From the IMG/VR virus record IMGVR_UViG_3300027976_000028, positions 2,055-66,054 of that record: DNA of 64,000 nt; one strand, 5' to 3'. A program made the translations under genes and the position numbers. The stretch comes from a virus. Below are positions 9,599-19,101 of the stretch, piece by piece (the stretch's first letter is position 1; each line of letters opens with the position of its first letter). The notes below the pieces were generated by a model. That model was given only the letters and a program-made list of their open reading frames with translations, did not search any database and had not been told where the DNA came from.

Positions 9599-9949
9599 TT
9601 ACGTTCCAAGTGTAACCGAATAATCTTCTACAGCAGCAGCAAACGTCCACAATACCAACGTGCCATCTGCAAATTGATGAGTGCCACCGCCGGTCTGATG
9701 AACTCGTAACTTCCTATCATGTACACGAGTTACATTGTATGTATTGCCATCACTGTCGAGTGCTTCAATAGTCATTAAATTATCGGATCCGCCAACCGCT
9801 GCAAGTCGAAACGGGGCTCTGCCCTCTCCAACTAAGTTGTACCGGTGAGTTCCTGTTTGTTTATTAATATCGGCAGTTGCTGGTGCTTCTTCAAATGTGA
9901 AGTTTGCAGTAATATTTAATAATGTTGATTGTTTAAGTGGTCGTCCCAT
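9599..9949 (-). CDS. Hypothetical, probably virion-associated, protein
   Basis: 116-aa ORF (MGRPLK...), AAGGAG SD, late promoter upstream. Confidence 0.75.
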   Translation of the reverse strand: MGRPLKQSTLLNITANFTFEEAPATADINKQTGTHRYNLVGEGRAPFRLAAVGGSDNLMTIEALDSDGNTYNVTRVHDRKLRVHQTGGGTHQFADGTLVLWTFAAAVEDYSVTLGT

Positions 9950-9966
9950 TTGTTTCTCCTTGACGT

Positions 9967-10021
9967 TCTAGGTCTACGCTGTTGGTACAGCATAAGTCTT
10001 GCTAATGCAAGCTCTACTAGA
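9967..10021 (-). promoter_or_regulatory. Candidate structured 5' UTR (three-way junction)
   Basis: P1 TCTAG/CTAGA, P2 CTTGC-ATTA-GCAAG, P3 ATGCTGT-ACCA-ACAGCGT between the promoter at 10027 and the SD at 9956-9961. Confidence 0.45.
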
Positions 10022-10025
10022 CAAG

Positions 10026-10100
10026 CTATTTAGTAATAGGTGGGTGTTTGCCGCCACATTTCGGGCATTCTTCTGATTCGATCATTAAGTTTAAGTACAT
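10026..10100 (-). CDS. 24-aa CxxC micro-protein (MYLNLMIESEECPKCGGKHPPITK)
   Basis: AAGGAG SD 6 nt upstream; below the ORF-track threshold. Confidence 0.45.
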   Translation of the reverse strand: MYLNLMIESEECPKCGGKHPPITK

Positions 10101-10167
10101 ATAATCTCCTTTATGTAACCCATACTTAGCAGATCAACAAGTAGATCATCATTTGTATAAATAACAT

Positions 10168-11220
10168 ATGAAACTTTCTGAACTCCATACCATTATAGAA
10201 GATGAGGGCGGTGGTGCGTCTGCTGGTGCTACATCAAGTGGGGATATTGCCACTGTATCATTCCCGTTAATGACAAGGGGTAAGAACAAAAAAGCAAGAT
10301 TTGCAGCCGGTCGTAAAGCAGTTGGACTAAGTGGAAGTGTTACAAGTTACATTGGCAAGGGCGTGTATGAAGGTAGTGGCGCAGGGATAGGAAAGAAGCA
10401 TATTAGCCCAAGTGGAGTTAAAACTAACATGCCACCATCAGACGAGGATTATGAGATCAACTACGGTAAGAAAGGGGTTGCTGCGAAAGGCATCGGAGAA
10501 GCCCACACACTTGACAACAACAGTGTTATCTACAAATTGGATCCAACTGATCCAATGAACAAAACAGAGGTTATGGTGTTAGGCGGTGCAGGTCGTTATA
10601 CATTGTCCTCTCTGCGTAATAAAGCACGAAAAGAAGCGCAAGCATTAACAACCGATTTACAAGCTGAACATGGTGGTTCATTCCGCAGTGCAGCATATAA
10701 TATTAAACAATTAACAAATACACTGAATACCATCGTTGCTGCTTATAATGAATTAAAAAGAATTAGGCAGAAAGGCGGTCGAGGCTCCCGTGGCATTACA
10801 GACGAGGATGCAAATTTCGTCCGCGAACACCTTGAGACACTTGAACAATATGTTATTATTGTATCAGAAGCAAGGGGACTTACTGCTAATTTCAAAACAG
10901 CATTGAAAGAAGGCAAGTTAAACAAGATGCATACAGATGCAATATCGGGCATGTACCACCTTGGCATAGATCCGGGTTATGAGATGTACAGATGGTCAAT
11001 TCACACCGCTGGAAACAAAGGAGGACCAGACGCTGGACTTGGTCCAAAAGCAGGACCATTCGCCTTCGCATACACCGACGAAGAGGATGTTATGATCCGC
11101 AATGCAGTGAAAGCAATGGGTGGCAAAATTAAAACATTGTCCGCACGCGGTAGTATCGAGTCTGACGATGTCAATAAAGTCAGTGCAATTCCGGTGTTGA
11201 ATTGGAAGAAGATTCATTAA
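10168..11220 (+). CDS. Putative internal head protein with Glu-delimited modules
   Basis: MKLSELHTIIE leader; internal VYE/IGE/VSE/LKE sites; TATAAATA 4 nt upstream. Confidence 0.7.
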   Translation: MKLSELHTIIEDEGGGASAGATSSGDIATVSFPLMTRGKNKKARFAAGRKAVGLSGSVTSYIGKGVYEGSGAGIGKKHISPSGVKTNMPPSDEDYEINYGKKGVAAKGIGEAHTLDNNSVIYKLDPTDPMNKTEVMVLGGAGRYTLSSLRNKARKEAQALTTDLQAEHGGSFRSAAYNIKQLTNTLNTIVAAYNELKRIRQKGGRGSRGITDEDANFVREHLETLEQYVIIVSEARGLTANFKTALKEGKLNKMHTDAISGMYHLGIDPGYEMYRWSIHTAGNKGGPDAGLGPKAGPFAFAYTDEEDVMIRNAVKAMGGKIKTLSARGSIESDDVNKVSAIPVLNWKKIH

Positions 11221-11580
11221 CAAGTAGTTGAGTTAAACGGACATTATTTCTTTTCGTACGAGTTGCAGCTTTTTCTTCAGAAGACCTACTTGTCTGAGCA
11301 ATGCTCATATTATGACGAATTATTGCCTTTTCTTCGGGCGATTTATTTTTCTTAGTTTCACTTATTTTTTGCCGGGTTGCTGCTGTTCGAGGAATACCAA
11401 TATCTAATTTGGGTTCAATTTTTGAGCTGTGTTTTCCGTAGTAATGTCGCTTTTCTACGATGTTTGTGATGCGATATACGCAATGATAAATAGGTTCGTT
11501 GGTCATATAATCCTTAATGGGGGTTGACTAATGACAGCGGTATTACAAGTACGCGGCTGTCACCTATTCTATTTAGTCTA
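11180..11580 (-). mobile_element. Internally deleted GIY-YIG/NUMOD3 homing endonuclease cassette (copy 1; ORF 11180..11506)
   Basis: Cassette CTAAATAGAATAGGTGACAGCCGC..GCTGTCATTAGTCAACC..AAGGATTATATGACCAAC; ORF VYRITNIVEKRHYYGKHSS joined directly to a NUMOD3-like PRTAATRQKISETKK. Confidence 0.75.
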
Positions 11581-11617
11581 AATCGATAAATATAACTATG
11601 AAAATGAAGGCCATAAA

Positions 11618-14600
11618 ATGATCACACTTAAAATTCTGCATGAAGGCAAATTTCAGAAACAAATCTCCAGCCGCGTGCATGAAGGAATTGTCATTGAGCA
11701 ACTAACAAGGTATAAAGGACTTGTTGACGAGATTCAATATTCCGGAGAGTTAACTGAAGGTGCAAGAGAAGTAATGCAGCGAGTTGCCAAAAAAGTAGTA
11801 CCAGCAGCTCTCGCAGCAGGAATGGCGATGGGCACACACGGAGCAATGGCGCAAAATAATCCGCATTACCCCGGCCTAAACAAAAGCATTGGCCAGCATG
11901 TATCTGATATCTTTAGCCCCAACTACAATGAAATACAACGGCAACGCCAGTATGAAAGGCAAACACAGCAACGCGAATGGGATGCTAAACAGAATGAAAT
12001 TCGCCAAGCCCGCGTGCGTGATGCAAGAAATTCTGGTCGTGATGCCACTGGACAGCCGCGTGGCAATGTAAAAGTATATGACCAAGCACGCCGTTCAGCT
12101 GACGGCAAGTACTTTCTGTTGTATGACATGGATGATCGCATCACACGGATTCCCGTCAACGGTACGGAGTATATGGAGGCTGATTCTCAACGCCTCCCTC
12201 ACTATATTGCACCAAACGGCTCGGTATATTATGTACGGAGTCCAGCAGCAAATGCGCAACCAACAGAGCAAATGGTAGCAGATGGACTTGGGGCAACACC
12301 AATGATACCAGCAAGTGGTACTGGTGCAGAAAAGCGAGCAGGCGGAGCAGCAGTGGCCGGAGTAGGTAGTACAGGTAGTGTTGGTGTTGCTCCTAAAACA
12401 ACACCTGCGGCCGCTATTGCCGCGGCCGGTATAAATCCACTTGATGCCGATGACGAAGTTATTTCAAATCCAGATGGCACAACAAATTTAAGTATTAAGA
12501 ACGGCGAACTTGTCATTGATAAGCCCGGTGTTAACGAAGCAAAGGGGTTAGCCAAGAAAGTTAAAGTTGTTAAAGGCGAACACGCTAGTAAGACAGGCTA
12601 TATTCGCCAAATTAAACATGGTGCATTTAAAGGTGCTCCGAAAACATACTATATAGATCTTGAGGATGGCACGCAAGCAAATAACATACCCGCTTCGTCA
12701 TTACGTTTAGTCAAAGATGCGCCAGTAACCGAAGGCGGCACATCAAATGATCTACAAGCAATATTAGATCAATACTCTGAGTCGTATGCAGACTTTAAAG
12801 AAGGTGGTGACTTAACGGATAATGACGCATTCTTCCAGGCACTATTTGATTATTTTAGCAACTCTGGCGATATGCCTTATGGTGTTGCCAAAGCACGCGA
12901 TGGAGATCCTGTCCAATGGATCACAGATAGATTAGATGATTTATCGGGTATGGGCGATAAAGTAGCAGAAAGCGACCCAAGTGGACTTATGCACGCCGCA
13001 AAAACAATGAATAACGAATGGCGCATTACAGCAATGATGGATGATGGCAAGGTAAAGAAATTCCGAGTTAGAACACAGAGTGCAAGAACAGCACAGGAGA
13101 AATTTAAGAAAATCCATGCCACCGCACAAATTCAAAATGTTGAACGCATCGCCGAATCACAAATTGAAGGGACGGCACCAGTCAACGAGTTTTACGATTC
13201 AAGTATTGATAGAAATGATGATAGCTATGGTCCCGATGATTTGCATCTTTATATCAATGTCGCTAAAAAACTTGATATGAAGAAATACAAAACAGAAACT
13301 GCACATACTCTAATTTCCAAAAAAATGGCAGGATTAGTTGCGACAGTTGATGATGACAAGGTTACCTACGCTTATCAAACTGCACAAAAAGAGCAAGGGT
13401 TGCCTCATCTATTAGGCGAAGCCGATTTAGCATTTGATGCTGACGATACACTGTATACACTCACTGATACCTATCGCGATATCATGTCATCTGATGCGTA
13501 CGATACTGACAACAAGCAACAAATTGGATTGTTGTATGATATGTTAAGGGATCCATTAATGGCAGGGGATGAAGATGAATATTATAAAGTTCACGCTTAC
13601 TTACACGCAAAGTACCCAGACGCAATGGACGAACTATTAAGAGCAGCAGACCACCTAGCTCAAGGACCGCTATCAGAAAACCCACTATCACCAACCACTA
13701 GATTCCGTAGTATTCATGGCAATTACTGCGGTACCGGTAATCGTGGTGGTATGCCAACTGACAAGTTAGACCGTGCATGTTTCCATCACGACGTAGGTTA
13801 CAAAAAATCAAGAGAGTTGCCAGATAAAGACGCGGCGCTTGCTGCAAGAGTTATCGCAGATACTCGTTTCATGGATAGGGTGAATAAGATTCAGCATGAT
13901 AAAAGCTACTCGGCTTCAGTTAGATTTAAAGCCAGGATATTTGGCAACTATTTTAAGATAAAGAACAGAAATGCAGTTCCAGTAGGTGTTATTGAAGGCA
14001 CACATGATTACGCTAAACAGTTCACGAGTATGATGGACAAAATCAAATCAAAGAAAATGGTCACTGACCGTAGCACCGGCGTTGAGTATGATCCCGAAGA
14101 GGAATTTCTCAAGCTGTTACAGCAACATAAAGCACAATTTCAAGGAATGGCTGCAATTGAAAAAGCACAGAAGAGAGGTGTAGCAGAATCATTAAATAAA
14201 GATAGATACGACCAAGAGCCCATTGATCAACTTGACGATCAAATAAGTGACATTCTGCTTCGTGCTTATGAGAAACACGATAATCGAGATGATGTCATTG
14301 CAGCAGCATGGCCGGCTGCAAAGCAAGCAGCACAAGAGTTGAGTATTGATCCGACGGGCAAAAGCTTTCATACCGTTTGGAAATTGGCAATTGGTAGCGA
14401 TGCTGAGTACGCAGATGAAAATCCAGCAATGGCAGACACTACAAAGCGGCTACAAGATCCAAATGATGGTAAAACTGCCAAACTAAGAGCAAGCGGCGAT
14501 AAGAAACGCGACGGTCACCAATCTCAATCATATGGATATGTCCAAGACATTCCAGATATTGATGCAGATGATGTCTTGGCGATAAGTAGTGCTATGAAAC

Positions 14601-14662
14601 CCGTATTCGAGGCGCAGACGCGTGTTGGTAAAATCATCAAATCAGTTTTTGGAACAAAATAA
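11618..14662 (+). CDS. 1014-aa modular protein with a phospholipase A2 module and a KOW/SH3-like module
   Basis: HGNYCGTGNRGGMPTDKLDRACFHHDVGY at 13715-13801; about 13 [LIV]xE sites. Confidence 0.75.
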   Translation: MITLKILHEGKFQKQISSRVHEGIVIEQLTRYKGLVDEIQYSGELTEGAREVMQRVAKKVVPAALAAGMAMGTHGAMAQNNPHYPGLNKSIGQHVSDIFSPNYNEIQRQRQYERQTQQREWDAKQNEIRQARVRDARNSGRDATGQPRGNVKVYDQARRSADGKYFLLYDMDDRITRIPVNGTEYMEADSQRLPHYIAPNGSVYYVRSPAANAQPTEQMVADGLGATPMIPASGTGAEKRAGGAAVAGVGSTGSVGVAPKTTPAAAIAAAGINPLDADDEVISNPDGTTNLSIKNGELVIDKPGVNEAKGLAKKVKVVKGEHASKTGYIRQIKHGAFKGAPKTYYIDLEDGTQANNIPASSLRLVKDAPVTEGGTSNDLQAILDQYSESYADFKEGGDLTDNDAFFQALFDYFSNSGDMPYGVAKARDGDPVQWITDRLDDLSGMGDKVAESDPSGLMHAAKTMNNEWRITAMMDDGKVKKFRVRTQSARTAQEKFKKIHATAQIQNVERIAESQIEGTAPVNEFYDSSIDRNDDSYGPDDLHLYINVAKKLDMKKYKTETAHTLISKKMAGLVATVDDDKVTYAYQTAQKEQGLPHLLGEADLAFDADDTLYTLTDTYRDIMSSDAYDTDNKQQIGLLYDMLRDPLMAGDEDEYYKVHAYLHAKYPDAMDELLRAADHLAQGPLSENPLSPTTRFRSIHGNYCGTGNRGGMPTDKLDRACFHHDVGYKKSRELPDKDAALAARVIADTRFMDRVNKIQHDKSYSASVRFKARIFGNYFKIKNRNAVPVGVIEGTHDYAKQFTSMMDKIKSKKMVTDRSTGVEYDPEEEFLKLLQQHKAQFQGMAAIEKAQKRGVAESLNKDRYDQEPIDQLDDQISDILLRAYEKHDNRDDVIAAAWPAAKQAAQELSIDPTGKSFHTVWKLAIGSDAEYADENPAMADTTKRLQDPNDGKTAKLRASGDKKRDGHQSQSYGYVQDIPDIDADDVLAISSAMKPVFEAQTRVGKIIKSVFGTK

Positions 14663-14663
14663 A

Positions 14664-16808
14664 ATGAAATTCTTTACAGAAATTAAAACAGTTAGTGAAG
14701 CATCGGTTGCTGCAGGCCCACGCACCAACGTTGAAGAAATGTTCAACCAGGACACATATGCTGGTAATCCTGGTGAGTTTGATAAAAGTGACCCACATGC
14801 CAAGCCCAAATTGGCACCAAAGAAGAAAAATCCCAACGATGGCAAATTTGTTCAACATGGCGCAAAAGTTCCCCGTGGATATACAATGACTGCTCATGGG
14901 CGGGTTGTTAAAGAAGTGGCCAAAGACGGCCAGGTTGATGAAGGCGGACAATTCAGTTACGGTGCAAAGGACCCAAAGAAGGGCAGCCAAAGAGAATTAA
15001 GCGCAAAGGCAAACAAAGATGCCAAGAGTAAGTCAACACCAATCGAGCCCAAGGATCAAATGGTTGGCATCGCCAAGGTTACGAAAGTTAAAGAAGGACT
15101 CGCTGATGATTTCATGGCATCTATTGACAAGAAGAAATTCCCCCAGGCACGCATAGTTGGTAATGTTGATGCACAGAAAAAAGAGCGTGACGAGATGATT
15201 GCAAAACGCACCGCTGATAATGCAAACAAACCAACACCCGTTAAAGGTCCCGGCGATTTAGCAGCTGGCTTTGGGCAGAATAAAGGCTACGGTCAGGGTC
15301 GGTACATGGGTGATTCTAAAATCAATGCTGCAAGTGCAGTTACCGAAGCAGGTGGCGAGAAGAACTATGGTGTTCGCTACAAAGTATTCGCGAGTAAAGA
15401 AGGTAGACTTACTACAAAAGAATATTGGACAACATCGTCTGAGAAATTAGAAAGAGCTGCAACGAAGATTGAGGAATTGGGTAACTTCCACTCTATCGAC
15501 GGGTATAGCTATCCTCCTGAACCACAGGGCATGGCAGAAGGTGATCAAAGCAAAAGTGCATCTGCCAGCCGTGCAAAAGAAGCACACGAGCAAAACCTTG
15601 ATGCAGCACATAGGGAATTGATGCAGCGTGATGCAGATGGTGAGGATATGAGTGGATATCATGTCAATCCCCGTACATACAAAATTCAGAAGCAGCTACC
15701 GGGCAAAAAGTGGACGCAAGAAGAACAGCGGGCGCATATGATTGATAGAATGCGTAATGAAGGATTAGAGGAAGCCAGCGTCATGACATCGGGTCACAAA
15801 GGATATGACGCCATGCTATCAATTATGAAAGCAGCCGCCGCCGGTCGTGCAGCCACATTTACCATTGGCGAAGAAGAACTTACATTAGATTACAACGAAG
15901 CTACATTCTTAGCAGGAAAATACAAGGCATTCCTAAAAGCAGGTAGACAAGAAGAGTTCCTGAAGTATATGGAAAGTCCACGGCTGTTTGATCGTTTAAT
16001 GTCACAGTTGCGCACGATGATTGATAAGCAAAAGAACTTCAAAGGTTCTGTACAAGGCGATCGTCAAGTGCCCGGCGAGAAAAGCAGTCCTTTTGAAAGT
16101 GTTACCGAAGGGCATGTGGGTCCAACGCATAAAGATTGGGCATCTGCTGTTCAACGGGTTAAACAAAACAAGTTTAAAACAAGTGATCTTGTAAATTCGG
16201 TACAAAGTGTACCATATAAGCATCTTGCACAATTAGCACGAGATTCTGGACTCACCCCATCTGACGAGATGTTGAAACATGAGAACAAAAGTAAAGTAAA
16301 AAATGTCGCCGAAGGGCACTGTTCTCCTGGTGACAAAGTGAAGATTGATAATCCAAGTTCAATCCATCATGGAAAGACAGCCACCGTTGTTTCTCACAAT
16401 AAAGAAACTGATAAGACCATTGTTAAGCACTCTGGCGGCAAAACAATGAGTGTTGACCATATGTATCTTGAGAAAATTAAGGCCACTAAGAAGATCAATG
16501 AACTTAGCCCAAAGACACTTGGCTCGTATGCTAAGAAGGCATCAAGTTCAAGCGACGAAAGAAGCAATTCCAGCTTATCGTCACGCGCCGCCTACAAATT
16601 AGCAAACGATGAAAGAAATGATGACGGAGACGAAGACGATCATAAGTCATTCATGCGCTCAAAGGGAATTGCAAAAGCTGTTGATAGATTGACCAAGGAA
16701 AGTCCCTCATTGAAAGAAGGGCAATACTTCTGCCTAAGAGACAATGTTGCCAAGGTAATCCCAACCGGTTATAAGTTACTTGAGAGTGGCTTCATTGCAA
16801 GGAAATGA
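14664..16808 (+). CDS. 714-aa modular, charged putative internal head polyprotein
   Basis: MKFFTEIKTVSE leader; about 12 [LIVM]xE sites incl. INE-LSPKTLGSYAKKA; start reassigned to ATG after the upstream TAA. Confidence 0.7.
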   Translation: MKFFTEIKTVSEASVAAGPRTNVEEMFNQDTYAGNPGEFDKSDPHAKPKLAPKKKNPNDGKFVQHGAKVPRGYTMTAHGRVVKEVAKDGQVDEGGQFSYGAKDPKKGSQRELSAKANKDAKSKSTPIEPKDQMVGIAKVTKVKEGLADDFMASIDKKKFPQARIVGNVDAQKKERDEMIAKRTADNANKPTPVKGPGDLAAGFGQNKGYGQGRYMGDSKINAASAVTEAGGEKNYGVRYKVFASKEGRLTTKEYWTTSSEKLERAATKIEELGNFHSIDGYSYPPEPQGMAEGDQSKSASASRAKEAHEQNLDAAHRELMQRDADGEDMSGYHVNPRTYKIQKQLPGKKWTQEEQRAHMIDRMRNEGLEEASVMTSGHKGYDAMLSIMKAAAAGRAATFTIGEEELTLDYNEATFLAGKYKAFLKAGRQEEFLKYMESPRLFDRLMSQLRTMIDKQKNFKGSVQGDRQVPGEKSSPFESVTEGHVGPTHKDWASAVQRVKQNKFKTSDLVNSVQSVPYKHLAQLARDSGLTPSDEMLKHENKSKVKNVAEGHCSPGDKVKIDNPSSIHHGKTATVVSHNKETDKTIVKHSGGKTMSVDHMYLEKIKATKKINELSPKTLGSYAKKASSSSDERSNSSLSSRAAYKLANDERNDDGDEDDHKSFMRSKGIAKAVDRLTKESPSLKEGQYFCLRDNVAKVIPTGYKLLESGFIARK

Positions 16809-17434
16809 TTATGGAACTTACAGTACTTACAGTAGATCAATTACAAGAATGTTTGCCTAACGCACGCCGAGAGCGTCTTGAATTTTTCGTTGATGGTATT
16901 AACGAAACATTCGAACAATTTGAGATTGATACACCGCAGCGCATGGCAATGTTTCTTGCTCAAACTGCCCACGAATCTGCTAACTTCTCTGCTGTTGAGG
17001 AAAATTTAAACTACTCAGCCAAGGGCTTATTGGGCACATGGCCAAAGCGTTTTCGTGGCGTAGAGAATCAATATGCCCGCAAGCCACAACAAATTGCCAA
17101 CAGAGCATATTGTGATCGCATGGGCAATGGTTCAGAATCAAGTGGTGATGGATGGAAATACCGTGGCCGCGGCCTGATTCAACTTACTGGCCAAGACAAT
17201 TACCGTACCTGTGGAGATGCATTGAATCTCAATTTACTCGATGATCCTGATATGGCTTCAAAAAATCCAGCAGCAGTGCTTAGTGCAGGATGGTTCTGGA
17301 CCACTCGTCGTTTAAATGAGATAAGTGATTCAGGCGATGTAGCAAAGGCCACAAAGGTTATCAATGGCGGTTCTAATGGTCTACTTGATCGGCAATCTAA
17401 GTATCAACATATTATAAATGTGCTTAGTGCATAA
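16805..17434 (+). CDS. Glycoside hydrolase family 19 endolysin
   Basis: FLAQTAHESANF..EENLNYS..DGWKYRGRGLIQLTG..NY..SAGWFW..TKVINGG. Confidence 0.92.
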   Translation: MIMELTVLTVDQLQECLPNARRERLEFFVDGINETFEQFEIDTPQRMAMFLAQTAHESANFSAVEENLNYSAKGLLGTWPKRFRGVENQYARKPQQIANRAYCDRMGNGSESSGDGWKYRGRGLIQLTGQDNYRTCGDALNLNLLDDPDMASKNPAAVLSAGWFWTTRRLNEISDSGDVAKATKVINGGSNGLLDRQSKYQHIINVLSA

Positions 17435-17446
17435 CATCCTTGGTCA

Positions 17447-17653
17447 TTATATCCCCCACCGCAACACAAACAATACTAAATCTTCCTTGTCTTTGAAATA
17501 GATAGTTTCAAACCCATTTGTGTACCAAACCATGTCCTCATTCCAAAGAGAGCACTGTACACCATTTCCAAATGTAGTACTACACCATTCAATTATATCC
17601 TCCCACGGCGCTAGACCATTGTACTGCCAGGCGGTATAATCCAAACTAGTCAC
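17447..17653 (-). CDS. Small protein, FxxxxDxxxFxLRW paralog family
   Basis: C-terminus YFKDKEDLVLFVLRWGI. Confidence 0.65.
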   Translation of the reverse strand: MTSLDYTAWQYNGLAPWEDIIEWCSTTFGNGVQCSLWNEDMVWYTNGFETIYFKDKEDLVLFVLRWGI

Positions 17654-17871
17654 CTACCCCACCGTAAGTTAAACCATGCAAGGTCTTCAGCAGACGAGAA
17701 AAAGAAATCATACTTATTAAGATTAATCCGGTGATAAGCAAGATGTACATTTACCTTGATATCAGCATAATGATTATAGTTTGTAATGTAAGTTGGGCAA
17801 TTTAATTTAGCCCAAATAAGTGCATCATCTACTATTGCCTCATCTACAATTGCGATAAAACTCATGCCCAT
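17650..17871 (-). CDS. Small protein, FxxxxDxxxFxLRW paralog family
   Basis: C-terminus FFSSAEDLAWFNLRWGR. Confidence 0.65.
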   Translation of the reverse strand: MGMSFIAIVDEAIVDDALIWAKLNCPTYITNYNHYADIKVNVHLAYHRINLNKYDFFFSSAEDLAWFNLRWGR

Positions 17872-18305
17872 CTCAACTTAAAATACATATAGTCTTCTTG
17901 GTCCTTAAAGGCAACGAATACAATATCGACACCGCTGATCTCATTAATCTCCCACTCACTGTCGGCATCGTATCTAAACACACGAAAGAAATCGTGGCGT
18001 ACTTTATCGCAACAGTTATCCTCACACCAATCGACTATATCGTCAAAACCATATCTATATCCGCCGGGGCCATAATCATATTTTAAAGTATATGCGTAAT
18101 GCTTACTGCTTTCGAACCCGTGAACATATTGGTAGCCGTGATAATAGTCCTTCACGCGAGTAGCACGATAGGAAATATCAGGATCGTTTTTGCGATTATA
18201 TTGCTTCCATGTTGCACATCCGTTTTTCTTAAGAAGGCGATCATCGGACCATGCTTTATATTTCGCCTGTACCTTTGGGAATAGTAGTGGTAGTAAACTA
18301 TCCAT
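17862..18305 (-). CDS. Protein of the FxxxxDxxxFxLRW paralog family with N-terminal extension
   Basis: C-terminus AFKDQEDYMYFKLRWA. Confidence 0.7.
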   Translation of the reverse strand: MDSLLPLLFPKVQAKYKAWSDDRLLKKNGCATWKQYNRKNDPDISYRATRVKDYYHGYQYVHGFESSKHYAYTLKYDYGPGGYRYGFDDIVDWCEDNCCDKVRHDFFRVFRYDADSEWEINEISGVDIVFVAFKDQEDYMYFKLRWA

Positions 18306-18570
18306 GTACTGTCACCCCAAACCGTAACCCGCACATTATAGCATCTTCCTTTGTAGTAAATGTTATTTGGGAAATAATATCATACTTGCTGCTTGTATCA
18401 CTTACATCTGAACTTTCCATAATCCAGCTGTTATTCATCCCGTGATATGTGTTAAACCAGTTCCACTCTTCTTTAGTGGTGCGTTCGAGTTTTTCGACAT
18501 TTTCTTGTAGCCATGTTAAAATATCGTTGTCGTCATTGTCGCCAATGTATAAATTGTAAACTTCAGCCAC
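18298..18570 (-). CDS. Small protein, FxxxxDxxxFxLRW paralog family
   Basis: C-terminus TFTTKEDAIMCGLRFG. Confidence 0.6.
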   Translation of the reverse strand: MAEVYNLYIGDNDDNDILTWLQENVEKLERTTKEEWNWFNTYHGMNNSWIMESSDVSDTSSKYDIISQITFTTKEDAIMCGLRFGVTVHG

Positions 18571-18820
18571 CGAATGTCAACTTAAAGTAAGCTGCCTCAT
18601 CTTTATCTCTTATCAATACAGTAAACATTGGATCGCCAGAATTGAAGCATGAGGTGAAGTAAGCCGTTGGGCAGTTAGTACCCATCCATATAACAAATTC
18701 TGCATTGTCATCTGTATACACCCAACAAAACCAACCTACGCGAGTTTTGTCAAATGTTGTTACTTCTGATAACCCATTATCGTATTGCCAATAGCGGATA
18801 TTAACGTTCATTGTGACCAC
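18563..18820 (-). CDS. Small protein, FxxxxDxxxFxLRW paralog family
   Basis: C-terminus LIRDKDEAAYFKLTFGG. Confidence 0.6.
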   Translation of the reverse strand: MVTMNVNIRYWQYDNGLSEVTTFDKTRVGWFCWVYTDDNAEFVIWMGTNCPTAYFTSCFNSGDPMFTVLIRDKDEAAYFKLTFGG

Positions 18821-19098
18821 ATGTTAATTAGCGCAATTGAATCTATGATAACGAGCAATGAGAAGTTAGCAACCATACCGGTACTTCCGCGTGTCTTTGC
18901 TGCCCACCCAAATATTATACATTGAAGAATAAAAACTGGATAAAGAATTAGAAACGGCGGATGCGGAACTGTTAATGCCATCGTAATAGCGCAGCCAATG
19001 CTCATGAACCATGCAAGAATTTCGAGGGTAGTCCGTGTAGGATTCTCCTGCCAATCCTCTTTTACATAGTCACGAATCGCAACTAATAATTTTTTCAC
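18808..19098 (-). CDS. Small multi-pass membrane protein
   Basis: About three hydrophobic helices in 96 aa. Confidence 0.7.
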   Translation of the reverse strand: MKKLLVAIRDYVKEDWQENPTRTTLEILAWFMSIGCAITMALTVPHPPFLILYPVFILQCIIFGWAAKTRGSTGMVANFSLLVIIDSIALINMWSQ

Positions 19099-19101
19099 AA
19101 A

